From Gemmatimonadota bacterium (GTDB lineage: Bacteria > Gemmatimonadota > Gemmatimonadetes > Longimicrobiales > Gaopeijiaceae), in assembly GCA_034521595.1 (NCBI GenBank), contig JAXHMG010000003.1, forward strand, positions 2,880,001 to 2,944,000: a stretch of DNA of 64,000 bases, given 5' to 3'. The position numbers and the translations under genes were made by a program. The first letter of the stretch is position 1, and every line of letters begins with the position of its first letter. Under the pieces are notes generated by a model that saw nothing but the letters and a program-made list of their open reading frames with translations, searched no databases and was not told where the DNA came from. Positions 35,301 to 46,274 of this stretch are shown here, one piece after another.

Positions 35301-38300
35301 CGTCCAGCCGTCCCTCGCCTTCGAACCCCGCCCAGAGGCTGTCGACCCCGGTATCGAACCCGGCTTCCAGCGACGCGTCGTCGAGCGTCAGCGCGTCGAA
35401 CGAGTCGAACCCGTCGGGAAGCGCCCAATCTCCGGGAAGGAGCTCACCGATCCGGTCTATGGCCTGTCCGGCGCCGACGCTTCCGGCATCGAGCGTCAGA
35501 AGCCCGGTCACGCGGTCCTCCTCGGCGAAGCGCAGGAAGTCGAGGCGCGCGTCGGCATCGAGGCCGTCGTAGCCACCCGCGCCCGAGGCCGCCGCGTAGA
35601 CGCTGTCGCTTCGGTGTCGAAGCCGAGAAGGAAATCCGCCCGGTCCAGCGCCACCGTCTCGAAGGCGTCCAGCCCGTCGGGCAACGCCCAGCTCCCCGGC
35701 AGCATCTCCGCGATCTGATCCAGCGCTTCGGCCATGGTGACCGACTCGCGGCCGATCTCCACGGTGCCGGCCGCTCCGGTCGTCTCTCCCAACCGGAGGA
35801 AGGTGATGTCGGACGTGGCCGTGGTCCCGGATGCACCCGATTCGAGGCTTCCCGACCCGCGGGCGCGCGCGCTCAGGCTGTCGGTCCGGGTGTCGAACCC
35901 GACGGCGAGCTCCCCCTCGTCGAGCTGGAGCGCGTCGAAGGCGGCGAGGTCGTCCGGCAGCCCCCACTCACCCGGAAGGAGGGACGCCACCTCGTCGAGC
36001 ACGCCGGTGAGCGCCAGATCCTGGACACCCAACGTCACGCCGCCCCGGGCGAACCGCTCGCCGTTCGAGTCCACGAGCGACAGGTCGACCGATCCATCCA
36101 TCCGCTCGGGCCCTTCGCCCAGATGGCCGGTGCCGGTGATATCGGTCAGGAACGTCGGCGTCCGCGAATCGAACGCCACCGCCAGAGCCGCTTCGTCGAG
36201 CATCAAGGGGGCCAACCCCGACGCGGCGTCCGGGAGCTGCCAGTCGGCGGCGAGCAGCTCCTCGGCCCGGTCGAGGGCGTCGGGCAGGGACAGGGCGCCG
36301 ACGTCGATCTCGAGCCCGCCGGTCGACCACTCGTCCACCGCCGTCCGCACGAGGGCGCAGCTCCGCCGTGGCTTCGAGGTCATCGCCCTCGCCCATCGTG
36401 CCCGCGCCGCGCACGTCGGCGGAGAGGCTGTCGGTGCCGGAATCGAAGCCGACCGCGAGCGACGCCGAGTCCAGCCGCACGGCCTGTCATGGCGTCGAGC
36501 GCACCGGGCAGGATCCGCTCGCCGGGCAGCACCGAGCGCCGCCTCCGCCAGCGCGTCGCTCACCGGCACGTCCCGAAGCGCGAGCGCCATGCTCCCGTTC
36601 GCAGACGGCTCGTCCTCCTCGACCGACAGGCCCAGCTCCAGGTCGGCGGCGCGCTCACCCGTCTCGCCGTCGAACTGCCCCGCGCCGGCGAGCTCCGCGC
36701 TCACGAGCTCCGTCCGCGTATCCAGCTCCACCCGGGCGCGGGCGCTGTCCAGGGCGACCGCGCCCACCGACTCGAGCCCCGTCCGGCAGATGCCCATTCG
36801 ACCGGGACCACCGTGGAGAGCGTCGCGAGCGCGGCGTCGGCCTCCATCTCGCGGCCCGCCAGGTCCAGCTCCATCCCCATCCACGCGTCGCCCGACGGCC
36901 TCGGCGCGCCGAGGCGGACCGCGGCCGAGCCCTCCAGGGAAGCGAGCTCGCCGTCGCCGCCCATGACGACGTTCCCGCCGTAGCCGCCCACACGCTGTCG
37001 GCCACGACGTGGAGCTCGAACCAGGGCGTCGCCCATGGAGCCGAGCTCGAACGGCATCTCCGGAGGCGCGGTGTAGCCGGGAAGCAGCTCCGAGAGGGCC
37101 AGGAGCGCCTCGCCGGCGTCCATGTCCGCCCCGAACGCACCCGCGACGTGAAACGCTTCGTTCGCGCCCGTGGAGAAATCGATCTGCAGGCTGTCCAGCG
37201 CAACCGAGCCTCGCGGGCGTCGGCAGGTTGGCGTCGAACGCGCGGTTGAGGAAGTCCACGGCACATCGTCGTCGAGAGGTCGGCCGCGCGGGCCGTGAAG
37301 TCCACGCTGCGGTCCCCTTCGGCCCCGCGCACGTCCATGTCCAACGCGGCCGTCACGCTGCCCACCTCCAGGGTCGAGCCCAGGGCGACCCGCGCACCCA
37401 CCGAGCCCACGCCCAACGCCATGTGCACGGAGTCGAGCGCGAGCCAGTTCATGCCGAACGGCTGGTCCCAGCCGCAGTTCATCAGGCCTTCGAACGCCGC
37501 GCCACCCCTTCGGCGTTCGTCAGATCCGTGGCCAGCTGAAAGCGCTTCGTCCCGTCCAGATCCGCTTCCACGACCGCCTCGGCCGTCACGCGGAGCTCGG
37601 GGTCCTGGACGATCCGGATCGAGCGATTCCCGGCGTGATCCAGTCGGGAAGGCCCATCGCGCCGTCAGGGAGCGGAGGCAGGCTCGCCCCGAGGCTCAGG
37701 AGCCCGCTGAGATCCGGCGCGCCGTCCAGAAGGCTCCCGAGGGAGATGCCGGGCGCGCCCCGGAGCACCACCCGGTCCTCGGGGCTCGTTGAATGCTCCG
37801 GCATCCGGACGCTCGCCGCCCGCTACCGCCGTCGCCGCTTCCAGCCCCTCCGCGCGGTGCCGAAATCGAGCAGGCGCGCATCCCGGACGAGAGCTGCGCG
37901 AGGGAGAACGGCGCGGAGAGGTTGAGCCCGGGTGCAGGTCGAGAGACGAGCCGCCCGTCGGCACGCCGCACCCTCTTCGGCGCGACGGGTCAGCTCCGCG
38001 AGAAGAACTGCCGGGCGGGCCCGCTCAGCTCCGGCCAGGCGATCGACCACGCGGCCTCGGGCGCGGCCGTCCGCCACCCCGGTCCGTCACCTCCCTCTCT
38101 GCCGGCGGCGCCGGCTCCCCTCCGGTACCCCAGGTCAGCGGACAGCTCGGGGAACGCGAAGTTCCCACCGGGCTCCCCTGAAGCTCGGGAATCAGCTCGC
38201 CCAGGGGCGAGTCCGCGAGCCGGGATGCCACGAGGCCTTCGGCCGAGCCCTCCGCCGTGAGCGACGGGGGCACGAGCGTGTAGAGGAAATCGGTGCCCGC

Positions 38301-40437
38301 TCCCGGGAAGGGGTCACGGTGCCGAGCACCGTGAGCGTGGGCGGATCACCCGAACCGACTTCGACGGTCACGTCGCGGAGCGCGGAGGCGTCGTCGGGAA
38401 GCTGGTCCCCCAGCGGCAACGCCCCGACCGTCGACTCCGCGAAGGCCAGCAGATCGGCCAGCGCAAGCTCGTCCACCGACGCGGTGAACGTCGCTTCCAC
38501 CTGCTCCCCGCTCCCTTCGAGCATGCCGATCAGTTCCACCGTCCGCGCCACCCATGGCCAGGTCGCCCTCCAGCACGGCGCGGGCCGCTCCGTCCTCGTC
38601 GGCCGGCGGCGTGACGGTGAGGCGCACCTGCGTCGAGCGTGAGCCACTCCAGCCCGAAGGGCGCCTCCCACGCCGAGGTCATGCGTCCGGTCAGCACCGG
38701 AGGCGTGTCGTCGTCCGCGGTCAGGTCGAGCGCGAAGAGGAACGGGAACACTTCCTCGCCCAGCTCCGCTTCCGCCTCCAGCTCGGCGCGGGCCGCCAGC
38801 TCGGCGTCGTTCGTCACGCGAAGCGCGTAGCGCTCCACCTCGAGCCACTCCGGCGTGTCCGCCAGCCGGGCGCCCCGCAGCGTCGCCGTCAGGTCGAGGG
38901 AGGGCGCCTCCCGTTCCTCCGGCGGACCGAACAGGACGCCCGGCTCGACGCCGAGGTTCCCGGCGAGCTCCGCCTCGCCCACCTCGAGCCCGGCTTCCGC
39001 CAACCGGTCGTGGACCGTCGTGCCCGTGAGGTCGAAGACGTGGGACACGCTCACGCCCACGTCCAGCTCGACCACCGGCAGCCCGTAGAAGCCCTCCACC
39101 GACTGGGGGAGGGAGGCGCCGTCCAGCGTGCGTGCCTCGTCCGCGATGGTCAGGATCCCGCCCGACCAGTCCAGCTCATCCAGGGCGGTGCCCTCCACGC
39201 CGTCCACCCACTCCCCGAGCTCGAAGATCAGCGGCTCGAGCCCGAGCGCGAACGTGCCGGCTCCGTCCCCGTCCCACTGACCGAGGAGGAGCACGTCGAC
39301 GCTCCCCATCGGCAAGCTCGCGGTGGCGGTGATCGCGATGGCCTGGCCGACTTCGTCCACGTCGACCGACACGTTGGAGAGCGCCAAGGCTTCGAACGCA
39401 CCCACGCCGGCGATGGGCAGCGGGATCGGGATCTCCCGGTCCGGGAGCTCGTCGAGCGCGTCGCGGATCTCGTCGAACGAGGCCGTGCCCAGGTCGGCGA
39501 GCGGTCCGTCGACGGCGGACCCCGCCGGCACGATGCGTCCGTGCAGGCTCGAGCCGATCTGCTCTCCTCCGTCGTCGCCCCCTTCCTCGCGGTACGTGAA
39601 CGTCCAGATCCGCTCCGCCCCTGGTTCGTGGAGAGCGGCAGGCCGTTCGGGTCGAGCGCTTGCACCCACCACGCGTAGCGGGTTCCCGTGCTCGAGCGGG
39701 AGCGCGCCCAGCGGATAGGAGAGCGAGGGGCTGAACGGGCTCACGCCCTCGAAGTGGAGAATGCCCCGAGGTGAGCGCCGCGCTGCGGCTCCTGGCCGGG
39801 CAGGATCTCCGCCACCTGGACCACGTACCGGCTCTCCATCGCCACGGGCACCTGGACGGGCGTCCACTCGAAGATGGGGTCTTCGACTCTCACCGTGTCC
39901 GTCGATGGGAAGAGGAGGTACGGCGGATCGGGGAAGACCGTGGAAAAGAACTCGCAGACGTTGTCCACGAGCACGAAGCCGGTCCCGTCCGTGACCGTCA
40001 CGCAGATCGTGTAGTCGCCCTCGGGGAAGCGGCCGGTCCGGGCGATCACGTCCTCGATCGACGCGTCGTAGCTGCTCGTCCCGGTCAGAGAGGATCCCGT
40101 ATTGAACGTCGTCGGCGTCCCCGCGGGAATGAGCCGGGGATCGCTCCGACTCCGCACGACCTCGCGGCCGCTCCCGTCGGCGATGCTCGAGGAGGACCGT
40201 GACCTCCGCGTCCTCACCCGTCCCGTTCGTCACGGTGAGGGACGCCAGGGTCGGGTTCATCTCCCAGTCGTCGAGATAAGGGAGAGGGAAGGGATTGATG
40301 AAGAGAGGTCGCGTGCCAACCCGCCGTCTGCGCGTACGCCGGCGAGGGTGCCAGGAGGCACCCGATTCGCCAGAACGAGCAGCGGTCGCTTCAAGGGTCG
40401 TCCTTCGCCTCGCGGGGCGACTGCCACTGACGCTCAC
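32347..40437 (-). CDS. Giant (~2,700 aa if rejoined) secreted acidic beta-rich protein with TANFOR-like N-terminal domains, internal repeats and a C-terminal coiled coil; heavily frameshifted
   Basis: Continuous minus-strand coding signal across ORFs 39741-40217, 38530-40437, 36655-37482, 35508-37259, 33985-35967, 33390-34784 and 31794-33350. It ends ...LSQALYNAISDALF TAG. More than one gene cannot be excluded. Confidence 0.6.
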
Positions 40438-40542
40438 GACCCGCGGTCGCGAGCGTCCCCTCTACCCTCTGATGCGCAAAACCGGGTCGAACCGGTGCAC
40501 GCCAGCGGGTTCCAGCCGGGAGCTGCACGCCGCATCTTCAGC

Positions 40543-41000
40543 CTAGAACACGCCGCCTAACGACAGTGCCAAGGCAAGCAGATACTCCCTTTCTTCGATG
40601 GTCTCTCGATTTCCATGAGCAACGGAAAGTACCGCTCTTTCTCGTACGCCGAGACGCGCCGGGCCTTCAACTCCCACCCGACCTCGAGATGGTTCAACAC
40701 GGCCCAGGTCTGGCGGACACCGAGACCAATGAAGGGAGCCCTTCCGGACTTCGGCCGAGGTATACCGATGCCCGCCACCTGTTGCCGTAAGATAGGTTCT
40801 CGGGCTCTCGAGCACGGTCGCACGCACTCCCGCTCCAACGCTCCAACCGCCCGCGCGATTGGCGCGCAGACCGGCTGGTGGCTCTGACGCAACCGGACCA
40901 GGGAACAGGTTGGCTGTAGGCTTCCAAACCTCTCCGAGCCGCGACGAGCGCGAATCTGCTTGCCACTTCCACCGACCCCTCCAAGCCGATCGCGATGAAA
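40543..41000 (-). CDS. Small hypothetical, possibly an outer-membrane beta-barrel; frameshifted, start uncertain
   Basis: WSVGAGVRATV, APFIGLGVRQTW, LEVGWELK and C-terminal LALSLGGVF lie in two frames. Confidence 0.35.
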
Positions 41001-41167
41001 GGTTCGCTACCGCCCGCCGTCGCCGTGAGGCCAACCCCACGAGATGCGGACTCCCCCTGAGCGTAGGTTACGGACTGGACACGCAAACCAAAGGGCGATC
41101 ACGAGAAGTCCCCGCAAGACGCGGGGCGCAAACGAATCGCAATCCAAGCGATCCCTCGAGCGGCCCC

Positions 41168-42652
41168 TCACCCCACCAGAAACATCGGAATCAGCACGCT
41201 CCCCAGGAGCGAGATCACGACGATGCCGATGAAGTTCAGCAGCAGCCCCGCCTTGGCCATCTGCGGGATCGTGATGTAGCCCGAGGCGAAGACGATCGCG
41301 TTCGGAGGCGTGGCCACCGGCAGCATGAACGCCATGGCGGCGGCGAGCGCCGCGGCGGCCATGAGAAACAGCGGCTCGATCCCGATTCCCACCGCCGCGC
41401 CCGCCATGATCGGCATGGCCATGGTCGACGTGGCCGTGTTCGAGGTCATCTCGGTCAGGAAGATCACGACCAGCGCCGTGAAAGCGATGAGGATGACGAT
41501 GGGAACCGCTTCGAGCGCGCCCACCGCGCCGCCGATCCAGGCGGCCAGCCCCGACTCGTCCATGGCGCGGGCGAGCGAGAGCCCGCCCCCGAACAGCACG
41601 AGGAGGCCCCACGGAATCTTGCGCGCCGTCGGCCAGTCCAGCGCGAACTCCCCGCGGCTCCAGCTCACCGGGAGCACGAAGAGCAGCAGCGCGGCCCCCA
41701 TGGCGATGGTCGAATCGGTGAGCAAGGGGGTGAGCGTCTCGAGGCCCGGCACGGTCACGGCGCCGAACGTCTTCTCGCTCCGCAACACCCAGGCGGCCGC
41801 GGTGAGCGCGAACACCGTCGCCGTCACGCGCTCGCCGGTGCTCATGCGGCCGAGCCCCCGGCGCTCGTCCTCGATGAGGCTGTCCGCATCGCCCGACAGC
41901 TCACCCGGCCGGTAGAGGAAATGGGCGAGCACGACCCAGGTGATCGGGAGCATGACCAAGACTATGGGGAGCCCCACGCCCATCCACTGTACGAACCCGA
42001 TCTGGATATCGAGCATCTCGCTCGCCGCGCCCGCGAACACCGCGTTGGGCGGCGTGCCGATGAGCGTGGCGCTGCCGCCGATCGAGGCCGCGTACGCGAT
42101 GCCCAACATCAACGCAATGCCGAACTCGTACGGGCCCTCCTGGTCCTGCGGCCTGAACATCTCCCCGACCGCGAGTCCGATGGGGAGCATCATGGCCGTT
42201 GTCGCCGTGTTGCTTATCCACATCGACAGGAACGCGGTCGCGATCATGAAGCCGAGCACGAGCTGCTTCGGACCGGTGCCCACGAAAGAGAGGATCGACA
42301 GGGCGATGCGCCGGTGCAGACCCCACCGCTCCATGGTCACGGCGATGAAAAAGCCGCCCATGAAGAGGAAGATGAGCTCGTTCGCGTAGGGCGCCGCCGC
42401 GCTCGCGCCATCCAGCACGCCGAGGATGGGGAAGAGCACCAGCGGCACCATGGCGGTCGCCGGAATCGGAATCGCCTCGGTCATCCACCACGCGGCCATC
42501 AGCACCGCGACCGCCGCCGTGCGCCAGGCCTCCACGGAAAGGGCCTCCGGGGCCGGCACGAGCAGCAGCAGAACGAAGGCCGCGACCCCGCCCACCAACC
42601 CGATCCGCTGGGCGATGCCGTACGTCTTCTCCGTTTGGTCCTGATCGTCCAC
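41168..42652 (-). CDS. SLC13/DASS family Na+:dicarboxylate/sulfate symporter
   Basis: WWMTEAIP, LSMWISNTAT, TLIGTPPN, TEMTSNTAT, FMLPVATPPNAIVF. Confidence 0.93.
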   Translation of the reverse strand: MDDQDQTEKTYGIAQRIGLVGGVAAFVLLLLVPAPEALSVEAWRTAAVAVLMAAWWMTEAIPIPATAMVPLVLFPILGVLDGASAAAPYANELIFLFMGGFFIAVTMERWGLHRRIALSILSFVGTGPKQLVLGFMIATAFLSMWISNTATTAMMLPIGLAVGEMFRPQDQEGPYEFGIALMLGIAYAASIGGSATLIGTPPNAVFAGAASEMLDIQIGFVQWMGVGLPIVLVMLPITWVVLAHFLYRPGELSGDADSLIEDERRGLGRMSTGERVTATVFALTAAAWVLRSEKTFGAVTVPGLETLTPLLTDSTIAMGAALLLFVLPVSWSRGEFALDWPTARKIPWGLLVLFGGGLSLARAMDESGLAAWIGGAVGALEAVPIVILIAFTALVVIFLTEMTSNTATSTMAMPIMAGAAVGIGIEPLFLMAAAALAAAMAFMLPVATPPNAIVFASGYITIPQMAKAGLLLNFIGIVVISLLGSVLIPMFLVG

Positions 42653-42801
42653 GAAATCTGCTCCGTTCGGGAGTCGCGTGATTCGGCGCCGGGCAGTGTG
42701 CATGAAGAACGGAGCGACTGCAAGCGTGGTGATCCGGTCTCACTCTCCCCTAGCGCGGCGCCCAGGCGTCACCCGCCCACCAGACCAGACCAGCTGAGCG
42801 G

Positions 42802-43200
42802 TCAGCCGGTGTCCACGAGCTCGCTCATCGGGATGCCCATGGCACGCGCCGTCTTTGCCTGTCGGGAATCGTAGGTGGCCAGCGCTACGTCCCGCCCCTG
42901 CTCGAGCAGGAAGACAATCGAAGCCAAATGCAGGGCATCGAGCGTGCGGACCGCGGTCGGGAACGGATCGAGGGCCCGCTCCAGCACCTCTTCGCTCAGC
43001 TTCAGCCGTGCGACGCGAGCGAGGAGGAGCCGGGCGAAGTCCCCGTGCGTCGCCGCGAGACCGCGGGCATGGATCCGGGTCCAGAGCTCGTAGTCGAGTA
43101 GCCGACTCGACACCAAATCCTCGGCCCAGAGGTCTCGGGGAGGACGGCGGTCTTCGGCGAACAGGTGGGCCAAGGCGACGGACGTGTCCAAATAGATCAC
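42802..43200 (-). CDS. PIN-domain (VapC-like) toxin
   Basis: VIYLDTSVALA...VRTLDALHLASI...LATYDSRQ; the GTG start overlaps the antitoxin stop (GTGA). Confidence 0.88.
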   Translation of the reverse strand: MIYLDTSVALAHLFAEDRRPPRDLWAEDLVSSRLLDYELWTRIHARGLAATHGDFARLLLARVARLKLSEEVLERALDPFPTAVRTLDALHLASIVFLLEQGRDVALATYDSRQAKTARAMGIPMSELVDTG

Positions 43201-43484
43201 CGGTCTCGCCGATCCTGATCCAGCTCGGACATCAGATCGGCCAGAGGCCCCACCGGATGGGACGGCGGCGGCGCCCCGGGAGGGATCGTCGGAGGCGTCA
43301 CGACGCCGTCCTCCACCAGAGTCCGGAGGCTGCCCTCGTACCGGGGCCGGTGCTCCACCGCTGCGATCCCCCTGCGGAGCGCCTCGGACCGGGACACGCC
43401 CATGGCCAACGCGACTCGATCCAACTCCGCACGCTCCTCGGGCGTGAGGTACACCTGGATGGGCTCTCGAACGACCTTGACCAT
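43197..43484 (-). CDS. Ribbon-helix-helix (CopG-like) antitoxin
   Basis: IQVYLTPEERAELDRVALAMGVSRSEALRRGI; acidic C-terminus ELDQDRRDR; lies directly upstream of the PIN gene. Confidence 0.82.
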   Translation of the reverse strand: MVKVVREPIQVYLTPEERAELDRVALAMGVSRSEALRRGIAAVEHRPRYEGSLRTLVEDGVVTPPTIPPGAPPPSHPVGPLADLMSELDQDRRDR

Positions 43485-43502
43485 GATCCAAATTTATCGC
43501 AC

Positions 43503-43512
43503 TTGTATACAA
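43503..43512. promoter_or_regulatory. Perfect palindrome TTGTATACAA, likely TA operator
   Basis: 10-bp palindrome in an AT-rich patch ~19 nt upstream of the antitoxin ATG. Confidence 0.55.
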
Positions 43513-43635
43513 ATTTCCATGCATCCAGCCACGCTTCACTTAACGATTCACACGCACACGACTTCAATACGGGGAAGCTGGTTATCCGCCCTAGGACGGA
43601 TCCACGAGAGAGCATCATCGAGCCACGGAGGGATT

Positions 43636-44235
43636 GTGATCGGACGACACCAGGGAGGGACGACGGAGAGGGGCAAAGCGACCGGCAAGACGGTGGCCTT
43701 GGCTGCGGCGGTCGGGGTGTTGACGTTGACGGGGCTGGCGTGCGCGTCCGGTGGGCCTCGCCCCGGTGAGGACGCCCGGGAGCTCCTGCGCTTGGCGGGC
43801 GGCCGCGACCCGAACCCGCCGCGGGACGGGAGCGAGCTGTTTCGAGTCGACACCGTCGACGCCCCCGCCGAGCGCACCTTCGGCGCGGCGCGCGACGCGT
43901 ACTCCGCCCTCGACATTCCCTTCTCATATTTCGACGAACAGGGGCTCCGGCTCGGCGGGTTCGTGCGGGAGCTCGACGAGCTCGATGGCGACGCGCCTTC
44001 GACGTTCATGGACTGCGGCCGCGGGGCGACGGCGGAGCAGTACGCGGACGTGTACAACGTGTCCATGGCCATCGGGACGCGCGTGCGGAGCCTCGATGCG
44101 TCGACTAGCACCGTCGAGACCGTGATTCGCGCGCGTGCACGGGCCCGAGACGTCTCCTCGAACCTGATCCGATGCAGCTCGTTCGGCACGCTCGAGGAGC
44201 GGATCGCTCGGCTGGTGGAAGACGAGGTCGGGTGA
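43636..44235 (+). CDS. Hypothetical lipoprotein
   Basis: RBS GGAGGGA, lipobox LTGLAC, and two further Cys (MDCG, RCSSFGTLE). Confidence 0.7.
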   Translation: MIGRHQGGTTERGKATGKTVALAAAVGVLTLTGLACASGGPRPGEDARELLRLAGGRDPNPPRDGSELFRVDTVDAPAERTFGAARDAYSALDIPFSYFDEQGLRLGGFVRELDELDGDAPSTFMDCGRGATAEQYADVYNVSMAIGTRVRSLDASTSTVETVIRARARARDVSSNLIRCSSFGTLEERIARLVEDEVG

Positions 44236-44245
44236 GGGTCGGGCC

Positions 44246-45574
44246 CTACCGCCGCTCCACCACCATCGCGCACGCCATTCCGCCCGCCGCGCACACGGTG
44301 ATCAGGCCGAACTCCACGTCCCGGCGGGCCATCTCGTTCAGCAGGGTGAGGGTCACGCGCCCGCCCGTCGCCCCGAACGGGTGCCCGATGGCGATCGAGC
44401 CGCCCATGACGTTGATCCGCTCGAGGTCCGGGTGACCCGTCGCCTCGCTCCGGCCGAGCTCCTCCTCGGCGAAGGTCTTCGAGTCGAGCGCCTGCAGGTT
44501 CGAGAGCACCTGGCTCGCGAACGCCTCGTGCATCTCCATGAGTCCGATGTCCTTCATGGTGAGGCCCGCGCGGTCGAGCGCGATGGGCGCGGCGTAGGCC
44601 GGGCCTTGCAGGAGCTGCTCGCCGGGGTCGAGCGCCGTCCAGGCCCAGCTACGGATCCAGCCGAGCGGTGTGCGCCCCTCGGCCCGGGCGCGCTCCCCGT
44701 TCATGAGCACCAACGCCGAGGCGCCGTCGGTGAGCGGTGAGGCGTTGCCGGCGGTGACCGAGCCGAACTTCCGGTCGAACGCGGGCTTGAGCCCGGAGAG
44801 CGCCTCGAGGGAGGTATCGGTGCGGATGCCGTTGTCGCTTTCCACGACCTCGTCGTAGGCCGGCGGCACGTAGACGGTGACGATCTCGTCCGTGAGCCGG
44901 CCGTCTTCGGTCCCGGCGGCGGCCCGCTCGTGCGAGCGGAGCGCCCAGGCGTCCTGATCCTCGCGGGAGATGCCGTTTTGCTTGGCCATCCGCTCGGCCG
45001 CCTCACCCATGGTCTCGCCGGTCGTGGGCTCGGCGATGGCCGGGCTCACCGGCGCGAGGTGCTTCGGCCGGAGCCCTTTGAACGCGGCGAAGCGAGCGGA
45101 GACCGACTTGGCCTTGGACGCGGCTACGAGGGCCTTCGCCAGCCGGTCGCCGGCCAGGATGGGCACGTTGGAGAGCGACTCGGCGCCGCCCGCCACGACC
45201 ACCTCCGCCTGACCGAGCTCGATGAGGGCCGCCCCGTCGGCGATCGCCTGGTTCGCCGAGGTGCAGGCCCGGGAGACCGTTACAGCCGGCACCGCGGGCG
45301 GCAGGGTGCCGAGCCCGACCTCCCGTGCGATGTTGGGCGCCCGCACGTCGTGGACCACGGTGCCGTAGATCAGGTGATCGACATCGGGTGGCGCGACGCC
45401 TGCCCGGGCAAGGGCGTCCCGCACCGCCTGCTTGCCGAGGTCGATGGCGGTCAGGTCCCGGAAAACCGTGCCGGACCGCGCGAACGGGGTGCGGGCGCCG
45501 GCCACGATCGAGGTGTTCGAGCGGCTCGTGGAGGCCCGTCCGGCGGGCGCGTTCGTTCCTGTCGTCTCGGCCAT
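44246..45574 (-). CDS. fadI: Acetyl-CoA C-acyltransferase (thiolase), FadI type
   Basis: VSRACTSANQA, NASPLTDGASA, EMHEAFASQVLSNL, GGSIAIGHPFGATG, VCAAGG. Confidence 0.88.
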   Translation of the reverse strand: MAETTGTNAPAGRASTSRSNTSIVAGARTPFARSGTVFRDLTAIDLGKQAVRDALARAGVAPPDVDHLIYGTVVHDVRAPNIAREVGLGTLPPAVPAVTVSRACTSANQAIADGAALIELGQAEVVVAGGAESLSNVPILAGDRLAKALVAASKAKSVSARFAAFKGLRPKHLAPVSPAIAEPTTGETMGEAAERMAKQNGISREDQDAWALRSHERAAAGTEDGRLTDEIVTVYVPPAYDEVVESDNGIRTDTSLEALSGLKPAFDRKFGSVTAGNASPLTDGASALVLMNGERARAEGRTPLGWIRSWAWTALDPGEQLLQGPAYAAPIALDRAGLTMKDIGLMEMHEAFASQVLSNLQALDSKTFAEEELGRSEATGHPDLERINVMGGSIAIGHPFGATGGRVTLTLLNEMARRDVEFGLITVCAAGGMACAMVVERR

Positions 45575-45776
45575 CGTCGTGCTCCGCTCACGGGTGGTCA
45601 CATCGGTGCCGCCTCACTGGGTGCCCCGGCCCGGGATCTAGGTCCGCGAGCGCCCGGGGACAAGCCCGCGACAGGAGTCGCGCAGCAACTCCGCAAGGCA
45701 TCATTCTTGCGTTAAAGTTGGGCATACATCGATCAAACGACTTGCATGCCTCCACCCCTCAGGAGAGGGTATTCAC

Positions 45777-46253
45777 ATGACCAAGACTCTTCGTGCCCTG
45801 GCCATCGCCGCCGCGTTGCTCGCCGTTCCCGCCTTCGCCCAAGCTCAGGCCACGCTCGGGCCGACGGTCGCCTATCACGACGACGCCGACTTCGGAGTCG
45901 GCGTCGCGCTCGGGCTCCCGCTGTCCGGCTTGGACGAGCAGATCGAATTCCTCGGAGACTTCTTGATCTTCTTTCCCGACACTCCGGGCTTGGACTTCTT
46001 CGAGATCAACGGAAACCTCACGTACGACTTTCCGATCGAAGACGCCGACGTCCTTCCGTTCGCCCTCGCGGGCCTGAACATCGCACGCTTTTCGGGTGAC
46101 ATGTTCAGCAATACGGAGATGGGCCTGAACGTGGGCGGCGGCATCAAGTTCGATGCCGGCTCGCTGCGCCCGACCGTGGGCCTCCGCTTGGAGCTCGAGG
46201 GCGGCGAAGGGTTCGTGTTCTTCGGGACGGTGCCCTTTACGATGGGCGGCTGA
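45777..46253 (+). CDS. Small outer-membrane beta-barrel protein (OmpA/OmpW-like)
   Basis: Signal peptide AFAQA-Q, amphipathic strands, PFALAGLN and GLNVGGGIKF. Confidence 0.8.
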   Translation: MTKTLRALAIAAALLAVPAFAQAQATLGPTVAYHDDADFGVGVALGLPLSGLDEQIEFLGDFLIFFPDTPGLDFFEINGNLTYDFPIEDADVLPFALAGLNIARFSGDMFSNTEMGLNVGGGIKFDAGSLRPTVGLRLELEGGEGFVFFGTVPFTMGG

Positions 46254-46274
46254 CGAAGTCGTAGCCGGATGACC

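Noticed and set aside
1-41000. Mass pseudogenisation or programmed frameshifting
   Set aside because: Indels hit unrelated genes at random positions with motifs intact and no slippery sites. Sequencing error is more parsimonious, though not proven.
40859-42874. Long antisense ORFs (e.g. 671 aa here, 692 aa at 46761-48839, 530 aa at 27162-28754)
   Set aside because: These are shadow frames of real genes, expected at ~70% GC, with no recognisable motifs.
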